DNA of 64,000 nucleotides, taken from NCBI RefSeq assembly GCF_004010195.1, contig NC_057729.1, positions 58,909,335-58,973,334 on the forward strand. Reading direction: 5' to 3'. Both the position numbers and the translations under genes were made by a program. Shown here piece by piece: positions 12,237-24,438 of the stretch (the first letter of the stretch is position 1; every line of letters starts with the position of its first letter). The DNA comes from Chiloscyllium plagiosum (taxonomy: Eukaryota). Below the pieces are notes generated by a model. That model did not search any database. It worked only from the letters and a program-made list of their open reading frames with translations, and was not told where the DNA came from.

Positions 12237-12837
12237 TGAAGTCTGCATGCAGTCATCCATAAACATCAGAGGATCAAGTGGTCATTCTCTTTACAGGATC
12301 TTACAGCACCCAAATTGGTGATCATTACCAAATTTATTCTTTCATTATTTCATGTCAGTATAACATGGCCAGCATGTGTTGTCCATCCCCATGACCCTTG
12401 AGTTGACGAACTTGTTCAGCCATTTCAGAGTCAATCATAATACACTGGGTCTGCAGTGATGGGTAGGCCAGACTAGGGAAGGAAAGGATGGTACATTTCC
12501 TTCCCGAGAGGTCATTCGTCAACCAGATGAGTTTCTTAATGTTTGTTGCTTTGGACACCATAACTGAGACTAGCTCAGTATTCCTGACATAGTCACTGCA
12601 TTTAAAGATGTTAGGCTTTGCCTTTAGATTGCTAGTCCAGGGACATTAGCACATGTCACATGACCTAGCACCTACATTACAACCGTGACTGTGTTTCAAT
12701 GCAGATGATTTGGCTTTAAGCCAGATTGAGAGCAGAATGGTGGTGGATACCTGTGATTTCTAGCTTAACATTGATATTTCTGATTTGCTGCCATTCCACC
12801 AGAAATTGAGAGCATGGTTTGTCATTGTTCTTCACAG

Positions 12838-12941
12838 GTGGTTCTTCAAAGGAGTGAGTGGCAAAGAAGCAGAGAGAGTAATTCTCCAACCAGAAAACAA
12901 AGAGGGAACTTTCCTGATCAGAGAGAGCCAGTCAAAGAAAG
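12838..12941 (+). CDS. Src-like kinase exon, SH2 N-half (WFFKGVSGKEAERVILQPENKEGTFLIRESQSKK)
   Basis: AG/GT bounded, 104 bp, phase 2-1 as in Src-family genes; FLIRES signature. Confidence 0.95.
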
Positions 12942-12989
12942 GTAACTCAGGGAGTGACTGTGTGAGCTTGTCCTGGAAGTTATAGAGTC

Positions 12990-14090
12990 AGAGAGATGTA
13001 CAGCACAGAAACAGACTCTTTGGTCCACGCCGACCAGATATACTAACCTAATCTAGTCCCTTTTGCCAGCACCCGGCCCAGATCCCTCCAACCCCTTACT
13101 ATTCAGCCTCCACCACCTCTGGCAGCTCATTCCATACAAGTACTACCCTCAGCATGAACAAGTTGACCCTTAGGCCTTTTTTATATCCTTCCCCTTTCAC
13201 CCTAAACCTATGCCCTCTAGTTCTGGACTCCCCCACCCCAGGGGAAAGGCCTTGTCTATTTATCCTATCTTTGCCCCTCAGCCTCCGACATTCCAGGGAA
13301 AACAATCCCAGCCTATTCAGCCTCTCCCTAAAGCTCAGATCCTCCAACCCTGGCAACATCCTTGTAAATCTTTACTGAACCCTTTCAAGTTTCATAACAT
13401 CTTTCCGATAGGAAGGACACCAGAATTGCACCCAATATTTCAACAGTGGCCTAACCAATGTCCTGTACTGCCGCAACATGACCTCCCAACTCCTGGACTC
13501 AATACTCTGACCAATAAAGGAAAGCAAACCAAAGACTTTTTTCACTATCCTATCTACCTGCAACTCCACTTTCAAGGAACTGTGAACCTGTGCTCCAAGG
13601 TCTCTTTGTTCAGCAACATGCCCAGGATCTTACCATTAAGTGTAAGAGTCCTGCTCTGATTTGTCTTTCCAAAATGCAGTATCTCACATTTATCTGAATT
13701 AAACTCCATCTTCCACTCCTCAGCCCATTGGCCCATCTGATCAAGATCCTGTTGTACTCTGAGGTAACCTTCTTCGCTCTCCACTACAATCTGCAAAATT
13801 ACTAATTATAACTAACAAACACATCCAAGTCATTTATATAAATGGCGAGAAACAGTGGACCCAGCACCGATCCTTGTGGCACACTGCCAGTTATAGGCCT
13901 TCAGTCTGTAAAGCAACCCTCCACCACTACCCTCTGTCTACCTTCAAGCCAGTTATGTACGTAAATGGCTAGTTGTCTCTGTATTTCATGAGATCTAACC
14001 TTGCTAACCAGTCTACCATGAGGAACCTTATTGAACGCTTTACTGAAGTTCATATGGGTCACATCCACTACTCTGCCCTCAATCCTCTTT
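12990..14090 (-). mobile_element. CR1/HER1 LINE 3' portion
   Basis: Minus ORFs MLPGLEDLSFRERLNRLGLFSLE, TLVRPLLKYWVQFW and QQDLDQMGQWAEEWKMEFN. Confidence 0.9.
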
Positions 14091-14579
14091 GAGAATTTGA
14101 GTTGTTTGATACTTAGGGACAGTTTAATAGCCCTTTATGACTTTGTCGAGAATGGGTGATATTTACTCAGAGTGAGTGAGTAAAGGTGTATCTGGAGCCC
14201 CTGCACTCCTGCAGTGCTGTGCATGAGCAGCAATGTTTCATTCTGAAAACTGCTTGCATATTTCCACCTAAATGCATGTTTCCACTTGTATGTTTCATTT
14301 CATCCTGAATTCTGTCCGCACCCCCCCCCCCCCCTACTAACATGTACAAAGTTTGTATCATCCAGAAATCAAACCTGCTCTCCTTACCAAGTCTGACCAA
14401 ACAGACTTGAGACCCATGACCAATGCAACTAGTTCAAACTGAAGTAGCCAAGCAAACCACTCAGATGGATTTGTGGAGACAGCTCACCACCACCTTCAAG
14501 GGCAATTAGGGAGGGGTAATAAACCCTGGCCTTGTCAGCAATGCCCCCATCTTGACATTGAACACAAAAACAAGATCAA

Positions 14580-15690
14580 AAGCCACACAACACCAGGTTA
14601 TAGTCCAACAGGTTTATCTGGCAGTGATTCAACACAGGGTAAACCCCTCTGCTAATTAAACCAAACACCCAGAAAAGTTCACCTCAATTTGTTAAAGTAC
14701 AAGTGACAGAGAACTCCCAAATTCCACTATTTCAAGGAAAAACAACAATTTTATTCCTTAACTCTAAAATGAATATGAAACAACAATTATTTACAACTCT
14801 AAGCCTCCTTCCTCTTGAAGGTTTGTTCTTTCCCTCCCACTCTAAAACAACCTACTGATCTAATAAAGCCCCTATTAAATTTACAGCAACTCAAGTTTCT
14901 AAACCAGATAGTGTTGACCTTCCTCTGTTTATAGATCTTCCTGGATCATCTTCAATCTTCTTCTGCAAAGATGTTTCATACAAAAAAGGTACCTTTTAGA
15001 GAAAATATGGCAAAAAGTAGTTGTTCAAATGGCTATTGCTGCTCTTTCTCTGGTTAACTTTCCAAAATGCCTGCTTTTTCTCCCCAAAACGTCAGATATT
15101 CTCATTGGTTCAATGTTGTCAAAACAGTAAAATTCAAATTTGATTGATTTTTAGTATCTTTGAGCATAATTTAAACTGCTTGGTCACAGCCAAATGTTAC
15201 GTAATTTCAATTTTCCAACACACACTGAGACTGCTGTCAGCCACATGACAGGTACCTGCATTCACTCTCTCTTAAAGGTACAGTACACGCCTTCAACTTC
15301 AGAACGAACCAGATTTCAGAATGCTGCTCCTTCATCAGGTAACTCGTGGCGCAGGATCATAAGACACAGAATTTATAGCAAAAGACCACCGTGCCATGCA
15401 ATTAAATGATATATTGAGCAAACCTAGATTGCTATTAAGTTTTTCGTCTTTTAGAATGGGTTACTGGTTTTAGTTCATTAATATATGAGTCATAGAACTT
15501 CTTTTAAGTCACATTCTTGAGATGACTTAAAGTTTTATAAAAACAAAGGTGACTTCTCAGCTCAGAAATTGCATTAAGGGTGTGAGGTTAGAGACTTTCT
15601 ACATCAGACTTGTTGGACTATAAAATGGTGTTGTGTGATTTTTAACTTTGTACACCCCAGTATAACACCGGCACCTCCACATCATCACAA
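14580..15690. mobile_element. Penelope-derived inverted-terminus element with a ~670-bp nested unknown insertion (~14623-15300)
   Basis: CACAACACCAGGTTATAGTCCAACAGG at 14585 resumes as ...GCTGCTCCTTCATCAGG at ~15320; inverted terminus at 15610-15685. Confidence 0.6.
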
Positions 15691-15983
15691 AAACAATAGT
15701 AGACCATTCCATCTCCCTCACCATCTGCACATTGCCTGGTCAACAATACCATACATTACTGAGAAGTGCACACAGTCAAATGGAGAAGGTGTTCATTAAG
15801 CATGTCATTGGGATCTAACCAAGGCAAGGCGATGTGGTGAGGTATAGCATTGTATTTATCAGACTATGGCATGGTATGTTCCTGGGATAGAGCTGGTATT
15901 GGAGAAGTATCCAAGGATAGGATCGGATGGAGCCAGATTTAGTTTCTCCCATCTCCTGAAGCATTTCTCCTTTACTGCATTAG

Positions 15984-16130
15984 GTTGCTATGCTTTACTG
16001 GTGAAGCATTGGGATCCCAAGCTGGATTTTAGAGTCATGTCCTACAAAGTATCCAACAGGCCCAGTGGCTATTACATCAATCCACGGGTCAAGTTCATCA
16101 GCCTATCAGAGCTAGTCAAGTATTATCACA
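15984..16130 (+). CDS. Src-like kinase exon, SH2 C-half (GCYALLVKHWDPKLDFRVMSYKVSNRPSGYYINPRVKFISLSELVKYYH)
   Basis: TAG acceptor, GTAAGT donor, 147 bp, phase 1-1; aligns with HCK [23 protein letters not shown]...FYISPRSTFSTLQELVDHY. Confidence 0.95.
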
Positions 16131-17059
16131 GTAAGTTTTGATTTTGCTTATCTGCTTTGGTGAAGCTGTTGAGCTGTTGGGGTTAATAAAACAGAGGGAA
16201 GTGGGATTACTTTTGGTAGCTGACAACACCATGAGTTCCAAAAGATATTCAGTTTTCGAAAGGATTAATCTGTCCTTGGAGGTGGATTCAAAGATTCCCA
16301 TCATTATTTTGAAGAACTGCAGGGGATTTCTCTCCAGTACCCTGTCCAAAGTTTATTCCCATAGTCAACTTCACAAAATATATAATTAAATCCAAAGATG
16401 TGCAGGTAGGTGGGTTGGCCCTGGGAAATGCAGGGATTCAGGGATAGTGTGGGGGGTGTGGGACTGGGTGGGATGCTTTTCGGAGGGTGGTGTGGACCCA
16501 AAGGGCCGAATGACTTGCTTCCTCATTGTAGGGATTCTATGATTATCACACTGCTGCTTGTGGGATCTTCCTATGTATAAATTGGTTGTTGAATTTCCTA
16601 CATTGCAACAGTGTCTACACTTTAAAAATGCTTTATTGGCTGTGAAGAGTTTTCCAATGTCCTGAGGACATGCAAGGCATTCCTCAAATGCAAAAATATT
16701 TTTCAATTGATTAACTCTTTCAAAGAACAGATACAGACACGAGGGGCTGAATGGTCTCTGTGTGTATGAGTTTGAAAACATAGTTGAAGGACTGAGCCTG
16801 AACCTTTGCTTGTGACCCAGAAATACATGTTACACGTGGAGTGCATCCTATTACTATCATACTATTTCAGTTCCCAATTTTATTTCCATCCCACTTAACC
16901 CAATCCCCTCTCCTCCACCCCCACCCTGAATCTTGCTGCTGATTCCCATTGGCTGATATTTGGTTTTGGAGTCATTCCAGCACTCACTCCTCACCCTGGA
17001 GGGATGTGAAGGCATCAGACAGAGGGGCTGGCAGTTGGAGCAGTGTCACTGAACCGGTA

Positions 17060-18520
17060 TCAGCCACTTTTTAGGTCCCAGCCAGAGTATTGTGTCCCGT
17101 TCTGGACATCTTGTTATGGGAAAGATGGGAAAACATTGGAGAGAGTGCAGGAATGATTTACAAGAATGTCTCCGGGAATGAGAAACTTCAGTGATGAAGA
17201 TAGATTGAAGAGGTTGGGACTGTTCTCCTTGGACAGAAAAAGACTGAGAGGAGATTTGATGGAGGTTTCAAAATCATGAATGGCCTGGGCAGTGTTGACA
17301 GGGGGAAGCTGTTTCTCACTCAGTAAGGAGTTAGGGTGAGGAATGAGCTGTTTAGAAATGTGGTGGAGGCAGGTTCTAGTGAGGCATTAAAGAGAGGATG
17401 GGATGGTTATCTGGATAGAAATAATGTGCAAGGGTCTGGGGAAAAGGCAGGAGATTGGCACAAGATAACAATGTTCATTTGAAAAGCGAGTAGAAGCATG
17501 ATGCACTGAACGTCCTCCTTATGTGCTGGAATAGTTCTGAGTTTCAGTAATTCTATATTGCAAAGCCCTAGTCTAATGTTCTGGGGTCAGGGTTTCAAAT
17601 CCCACAATGTCTGGTGGTGAAATTTAAATTCAATAAAATACTGGAATAAAAGGCAGGCCCCATGGTGACCATTGCTGATTGTTGTAAAACTTCACCTGGG
17701 TCACTCTTGTCCTTTAGGGAAGGAAATCTGTTGGGCTTACCCGGCCTGACCTACATGTGACTTCAGACCCACAGCAATGTGTTTAACTCTTAACCATTTC
17801 TGAAATTGCCTAAGGAGCCATTGAGTTCAAGGGGCAGTTAGGGAAGGCAGTGAAACTGACACAACTTCTCAATGAATATTAAAAAAAAATCAGAAAGGTG
17901 CAGGGAAAGAATGGATCCAGGGATGAAACATTGTGTACAAACTGGAGAAGCTGTGCTTGTCTTCTTTTGAGAAGAAAACGTTGCAAGGGGATTTGATCAA
18001 GGTGTTCAAAATCACGAGGGGTCTGGACAGAGCAAATACAGAGAAACATCCAATTGGTAGAGGAATTCATAAGCAGAGAGTATATGATTTGTTGGGGAAC
18101 TTCATCATTGAATCTCTACAATATGGAAAAAGGCCATTCAGCCCATACTGACCCCCTGAAGAGAATCCCATCCAATCCCCGTAACCTTGCATTTCCCATG
18201 GCTAACCCACCTTGCCTGCACATTGTTGGACTGTGGGAGGAAACCCATACAGACACAGGGAAAATGTGTAAACTCAACACAGACAGTCACCCAATGCTGG
18301 AATTGAACGTGGGATCCCTGGTACTGTGAGGTAACAGTGCTAACCACTGAGCTGCACCACAAGGTGACCTTTCTCCACAACAGGAGGTTTAGGATCCAGA
18401 ATGTGCTGCTCCTGAGTTGCTGGCAGCAAGACCCAACGAGGTGTCAAAAGAGAGTAGGAGAAATTATCTAAAGTGAAAGAATTCACAGGATGTTGGGAAA
18501 GAGGAGGATTTGTTGATGCT
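17060..18520. mobile_element. Cluster of old CR1 3' fragments (+), a tRNA-SINE (~17560-17850, +) and an HE1-like SINE (~18110-18358, -)
   Basis: CR1-type peptides (LQGDLIKVFKITRGLDR) and V-domain reverse complement. Confidence 0.7.
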
Positions 18521-18920
18521 ATTCCTGCAGAGAGTCAGTATCTACACAACGGGCCTAATAGCCATTAGCTTTCTTCTGTAAAGCAAACAAAATGTTGATC
18601 AGCAGCATGAGTTTCTCTCTAAAGCAGCAGGGGGTTTTCTGTCCCTTTAAACAGACAGCTGGAGTCATTGGTCTGAGACTCAGCTCCAACATTGCAGCTC
18701 TCCTTCAGTTTCTCATTCAATCTGAGTCTAAATTGTGTGCTCAGATTCCAGGCTGGAGTCTTAACCTGAACATACTCGTTAAAGAGAGATGCTCAGGTAG
18801 CAATGCTAAATAATGCTGGGTGGAGTTTCCCTGCATCTAGGAGGAGTGTTGTGGGTCGCTGATTGTCCCAAATTGCACCATCAAACAAACTAAAATGTTC
18901 GATTGAATCTATTTCTGTAG

Positions 18921-19070
18921 GAAATGCAAATGGTCTGTGCCAAAGGCTCGCGAGCCCCCCGCTCAAAAAGTCTCAAAGTATTTCAAAAACGGATGGTTTT
19001 GAAATTCCGAGGAAGTGCGTTCTTCTGCAAAGTAAACGAGAAGTTGGACATTTTGCAGAAGGCAGGATGA
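18921..19070 (+). CDS. Src-like kinase exon, SH2 end, linker and kinase subdomain I ((R)NANGLCQRLASPPLKKSQSISKTDGFEIPRKCVLLQSKREVGHFAEGRM)
   Basis: AG/GTAAGT, 150 bp, phase 1-1; aligns with HCK GNDGLCQKLSVPC...[26 protein letters not shown]. Confidence 0.92.
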   Translation, partial: EMQMVCAKGSRAPRSKSLKVFQKRMVLKFRGSAFFCKVNEKLDILQKAG

Positions 19071-19699
19071 GTAAGTAAATGTTCACTCCACTCGCTGTGA
19101 CCATCACTGGCTGTCTGTATTTACCCTGAGGAGGTGATGGCTGAATGGACTTTTACTTTGATACATCTGAGGAGCTCCCTCAGCCATGTCAGAGGGCAGT
19201 TAAGAGTCAACCACCTTACTCTGGGTCTGGAGTCACATGTAGACCAGATCAGGTAAGGATGGAAGCTTCATTCCCCTAAAGGACATTAATTAACCAATTG
19301 AGGTTTTTGCCACAATCTAACAGCCTCAAGGTCACTTTTGAACTCATTAATAGCTCTGTGATGTAACTACTATAATACAGTAACCTCTCTGTTCTCTCTA
19401 TGAAAGGTTGTGAACATCCTACATTTAAATATGTTTCCATATTGCCCAGCATTTAATTACATCCATCTCCTAACTCACACCACCTTTCCCCATAACCCCT
19501 GTGCCCTCTGATCAACCTTGGCTCCCAATTTGACAATCTCTTGATGTTGACATTTTCATCCTTATTGCCATGTCCTTCCTGCCTCTGATCTCCATTAGCT
19601 CTCCCACCTTCCTTGATCTCTCTGCTACAATTCGGACCTATCACAAATCCCTGAGCTCCACGTGGCTGCACATTGGCATTGGGACATGATTCATTATGT

Positions 19700-20160
19700 A
19701 GCTCCTCTGCCAGGGTCTTGTGATGCAGTGGTACTTTCCGTATCTCTAGCCCAGAATCCCCAGGTTTAAGTCCCACCTGTTCCAGAGACTGTTCAGTAAC
19801 ATGCCAGTAAAGGTTGGCTAAGAGTACCTTGAGCTCCTCAGTATCACAAAGTTTGTGGTTCAAGTCCCACTCCGGACACCCAAACCCACAGTTTGAGCTA
19901 TCACTCTGGGGGAGTGCTGCACTGTTTAAGGTGTAGGTGTCATCTTTTGAATGAGACACTAAACTTAGGTCACATCTACTCCCGGGATATGAAAGCTCCA
20001 ACAGCACTATTCTGTAGGAGAGTAGGGTAGTTGTCCTTAACCTTCTCACCAGGATCTATATATACAAATGGTTGTCTTATCACAGTCACGTTACTGTTTG
20101 TGGGAGTTTTCCATGTGTCTGTTAGCCACCACATTCCCTATATTACAGGAATGATGCCCC
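19700..20160 (+). mobile_element. Old tRNA-headed SINE(s), Deu-SINE (SacSINE1/AmnSINE-like) type
   Basis: GGTTCAAGTCCCACTCC B box, GGAGTGCTGCACTGT and ACTGTTTGTGGGAG motifs; related pieces at ~16190-16700 and ~9370-9480. Confidence 0.5.
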
Positions 20161-20355
20161 ACATTGGAAGTCAAGCCTGCCATTCACAGAAGCATCACCA
20201 AACTTAAAGAACCCACAAATATCCCGATTAGACCCAGCCTGAGAGCTTAAACAAGGTTTCTGTATCTAACATGTGTTATTTATTTATTACATATTATTTA
20301 TTACAATTTATTTACTGCAAATAAAGACTCTGACTATAGATAAACCACTATGGAC

Positions 20356-20487
20356 CACACACACTGACACACACACTTCAGACACATGCACCCACACACA
20401 CGTACTGACACACACACACACGTACTGACACACACACACGTACTGACACACACACACACACACACACACACATATGCACAAACACAC
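20356..20487. repeat. (CA)n microsatellite with repeated CGTACTGA interruptions
   Basis: Directly visible. Confidence 0.95.
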
Positions 20488-20639
20488 AGGAAAAATAAGC
20501 ATGTGTGTTATAGATGGAGGGAGGAGCTGGGGAGGCAGTTCAGTTGGGCCCTGTTCACAGGGTCTGTCGAGATAATTCTTATACTGATTAGAATGATGCT
20601 TTTCAGTTTCCTTCTCCAGATGCTTTCACATATTTACAG

Positions 20640-22330
20640 GAGGCATTCTACACTTGTGTGAGGAACAAGAGGATGGCTAGAGTAGGGTAGGGCAGATCAG
20701 GGGTAATGGAGGGAACTTGTGCCTGAAGTTGGAGGAGGTAGGGGAGATCCGTAATAAAAACTTTGCTTCAGTATTCACTACTGGAACAGACTGGTTTGCT
20801 AGAACAGGTTGATGTTAGGAAGGCGGATGTGCTGGAAATTTTGCAAAGCAGAAGGATAGATAATTCCCCTGGGCCAGACGGGATATACCATCGGTTACTG
20901 CAGGAAGCGAGAGAAGAGATTGCTGCACCTTTGGCAATGATCTTTGTCTCCTCACTGTCCACTGGGGTAGTGCCAGATGATTGGAGGGTGGCAAATGTTA
21001 TTCCTTTGTTCAAGAAAGGGAAAAGAGATAATCTTGGGAATTACAAATCAATCAGTCTCACGTCAGTAGTGGCCAAATTATTGGAGAGGATTCTGAGAGA
21101 CAGGATTTATGATTACTTGGAAAACCATAGTCTGATTAGAGACAGTCAACATAGCTTTGTGAGAGGTGGGTCATGCCTCACAAACCTTATTGAGTTCTTT
21201 GAGAAAGTGACAAAACAAATAGTTGAAGGTAGAGCAGTGGGTGTGGTGTACATGGATTTTAGGTGTCTAATAAGGTTCCCCATGGTAGACTCATTCAGAA
21301 AGTAAGGAGGCATGGGGTACAGAGAAATCTGGCTGTCTGGAGACAGAATTGGCTGGACCAAAAGAATACAGCAAGTGGTAGTGGATGGAAAGTATTCAGC
21401 CAGAAGCTCGGTGACCAGTGGTATTCCACACAGACCTGTTCTGGGACCTCTACTGTTTGTGATTTTTATAAATGACTTGGTTGAGGAAGTCAAAGGGTGG
21501 GTTAGCAAGTTTTCTGATGATACAAAGTTTGGTGGAGTGGTGGATAGTGTGGAGGTCTGTCATAGGTTGCAATGGGACATTGACAGGATGCAGAATTGGG
21601 CGGATAAGTGGCAGATGGTGTTCAACCTGGAAAAGTGTGATTCATTTTGGAGGGTGGAATTTGAATACAGAATACAGGGTTAAAGGCAGGATTCTTGGCA
21701 GTGTGGAAAAACAGGGGGATCTTGGAGTATATGCCCAATAATCCCTCAAGGTTGCCAGTCAAGTTGATAGGGTTGTTAAGAAGGTGTATAATGTGTTGGC
21801 TTTCATTAGCAGGGAGATTGAGTTTAAGAGCGATGAGGTTATGCTCCAGCTCTATAGAGCCCTGGTTAGACCACACTTGGAATATTGTGGAGATTTACCA
21901 GGATGCTGCCTGGACTGGAGGGCATGTCATCTGAAGAAAGATTGAGGGAGCTAGGGCTTTTCTCATTGGACTGAAGAAAAATGAGACTTTGGTAGAGATG
22001 TAGAAGATATTGAGAGGCATAGATAGAGTGAATAGTCAGAGACATTTTCCCAGGGCAGAAATGGCTATGATGGGGGGGCATAATTTTAAGGTGATTGGAG
22101 GAAGGTTTTGGGGAGATGTCAGAGGTCGGTTCTTTACACAGAGAGTGATGGGTGTGTGGATTGCACTGCCAGTAGTGGGAGTAGAGTGGTAGGGACATTT
22201 AAGCAACTCTTGGATAGGCACGTGGAGGATAGTACTATGAGGGGTATGTCGGTTAGTCTGATCTTAGAATAGGATAAAAGATCATCACAATATCAAGGCC
22301 CTGTACTGTGCTGTACTGTTCTTTGTTCTA
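20640..22330 (+). mobile_element. CR1/HER1 LINE, RT plus 3' end, frameshifted
   Basis: ORFs SPGPDGIYHRLL...VPDDWRVANVIPLFKKG, SGIPHRPVLGPLLFVIFINDL and SKFSDDTK; (TGTTC)-type tail at 22310-22330. Confidence 0.95.
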
Positions 22331-22489
22331 TCAGGCACAGAGTGACTGGTTCACATTATAAAGATCTCTGTCTTATTATTTAAAAGTCACAGCTTACAGA
22401 AACAGCTGAGGGAAAATAAACCTAGTTTTCTTTGGGCTTCAAGTGTTCATCTGCTGAAAACAGAGGGTGCTTTTGGAGTGAGGGGCTCT

Positions 22490-22744
22490 TGTGGCACAGT
22501 GGTGGGTGGCACGGTGGCACTGCTGCCTCACAGCGCCAGAGACCCGGGTTCAATTCCAGCCTCAGGCGACTGACTGTGTGGAGTTTGCACGTTCTCCCCG
22601 TGTCTGCATGGGTTTCCTCCGGATGCTCCGGTTTCCTCCCACAGTCCAAAGATGTGCACGTCAGGTGAATTGGCCATGCTAAATTGCCCATAGTGTTAGG
22701 TAAGGTGTAAATGTAGGGGTATGGGTGGGTTACGCTTCGGCGGG
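22490..22744 (+). mobile_element. HE1 SINE, runs into an N gap
   Basis: Same head and V-domain as 2840-3155. Confidence 0.9.
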
Positions 22745-23504
22745 NNNNNNNNNNNNNNNNNNNNNNNNNNNNNNNNNNNNNNNNNNNNNNNNNNNNNNNN
22801 NNNNNNNNNNNNNNNNNNNNNNNNNNNNNNNNNNNNNNNNNNNNNNNNNNNNNNNNNNNNNNNNNNNNNNNNNNNNNNNNNNNNNNNNNNNNNNNNNNNN
22901 NNNNNNNNNNNNNNNNNNNNNNNNNNNNNNNNNNNNNNNNNNNNNNNNNNNNNNNNNNNNNNNNNNNNNNNNNNNNNNNNNNNNNNNNNNNNNNCAAGGT
23001 ATACAAGACTATGGGCCAAGCATGGAAAATGGGATTAGAATAGTTGGATGGTTGCTTTCCACTGGTGCAGACATGATGGGCCGAAGGGTCATTTTCTTTG
23101 TGGTTGACTTCTATGACCTGTGTAGGTCAGGAGGCTCCTCTCGATCTTAGTCACAGTTCAGATACATAGCAATCATGTTTCTTTTGACATGCAGTAGGCC
23201 TTTGTCATTGTTAATTGGTCACTAGTCCACAGACTGATCAGCCCATGTTTCCAGCTGAAACTCCATTTGGACACAGCCCATGGCTCCAGCTTGTCTGCAA
23301 ACCATCCGGGTCTGCCTGAACCAGCAGCTGTGTAAACAACCCATATAATGAAGATCAGGTTCCAAGCTTTCCAAACACTGAAGCAGTCCTTCAACAATCC
23401 TTGGTTTTTAAAACGCTCTATTCCCAATTTCAGTCCACAGTCAAAAATACAGAAAAATAAAAAGACACAATGAGTATAGCTCACACAACAGTTCAGAAAG
23501 GTAC

Positions 23505-24180
23505 AGCGTCTCACAGTTGTTGTGGGTGTGTTGGCCGAGGTGGGATTTTGATTTGCAGACATTTTGTCCTCTGTCTAGGTGACATCCTCAGTGGAGCCCC
23601 CTGTGAAGCGCTGCTATATTGGGTCAATTGGAATTTATTTGATTTCATTCCTATTGCTTCCAATTGCTGGTTCCAGTTGTTTATTGCAGTGGCTGGTATA
23701 TTGGGGCTAACTCAATGTGTTTATTGATGGAGTCCATGGATGAGTGTCAAGCTTCTAGGAATTCCCTGGCTGTCCTCTGTTTGCTGTCTTATTATTGTTG
23801 TGCTGTATCCTTAGTATCTATACTCACAGACAACAAGGACCAAACACCCAACTGGGACAGCACAACAATAATAGGACAAGCCAAACAGAGGACAGCCAGA
23901 GAATTCCTAGAAGCATGGCACTCATCCACTGACCCCATCAACAAGCACGTAGACCTAGACCCAATACACCCACCACTACAACCAACAACTGGAAGAAGTG
24001 GTAACAAAACCAAATAAATTCCCAGAGACACAGTACAGCAGCGCTTCACGGGAGGCTCCAAAGCCCTGAGGATGTCCCCCAGACAGGGGACAAAGCATCT
24101 ACAAACCAACTTCCCAGCTCAGCGAACATACCCACAACCACAGCAACTGGCACCCAGGCTACAAATGGTTCTACAAACCT
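23505..24180. mobile_element. Penelope-like element end as an inverted pair (23505-23790 minus, 23800-24180 plus)
   Basis: Peptide NWDSTTIIGQAKQRTAREFLEAWHSSTDPINKHVDLDPI (C-terminus of PLE GIY-YIG ORF) is present on both strands; each arm has a decayed hammerhead CTGAGGA-TGTC...GGAC-(G>A)AA. Confidence 0.8.
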
Positions 24181-24255
24181 TGGACAGCAGCTGCTTTAGA
24201 ATATCTGGATGTTGTGAAAAGTGCAATATAAACATGGGACTCTTTATTCCGTTAG

Positions 24256-24438
24256 GGTTGAATGGCAATAATGTCCGAGTGTCTGTGAAGATGCAGAGTG
24301 TGGAGGGGACTCCAAACCAAGCCTTCCTCAGGGAGGTCAGCATTCGTAAAGTTCTTCAGCATGGCCGGCTGGTCCAACTTCTGGCAGTGGTGACACAATC
24401 ACAGCCCATGCTCATTATCACCGAGTTCATGAGCCAAG
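24256..24438 (+). CDS. Src-like kinase exon, subdomains II-V ((R)LNGNNVRVSVKMQSVEGTPNQAFLREVSIRKVLQHGRLVQLLAVVTQSQPMLIITEFMSQ)
   Basis: AG/GT, 183 bp, phase 1-1; VSVK Lys, alphaC Glu and Thr gatekeeper present; gap-free alignment to the LYN sequence as I recall it. Confidence 0.95.
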
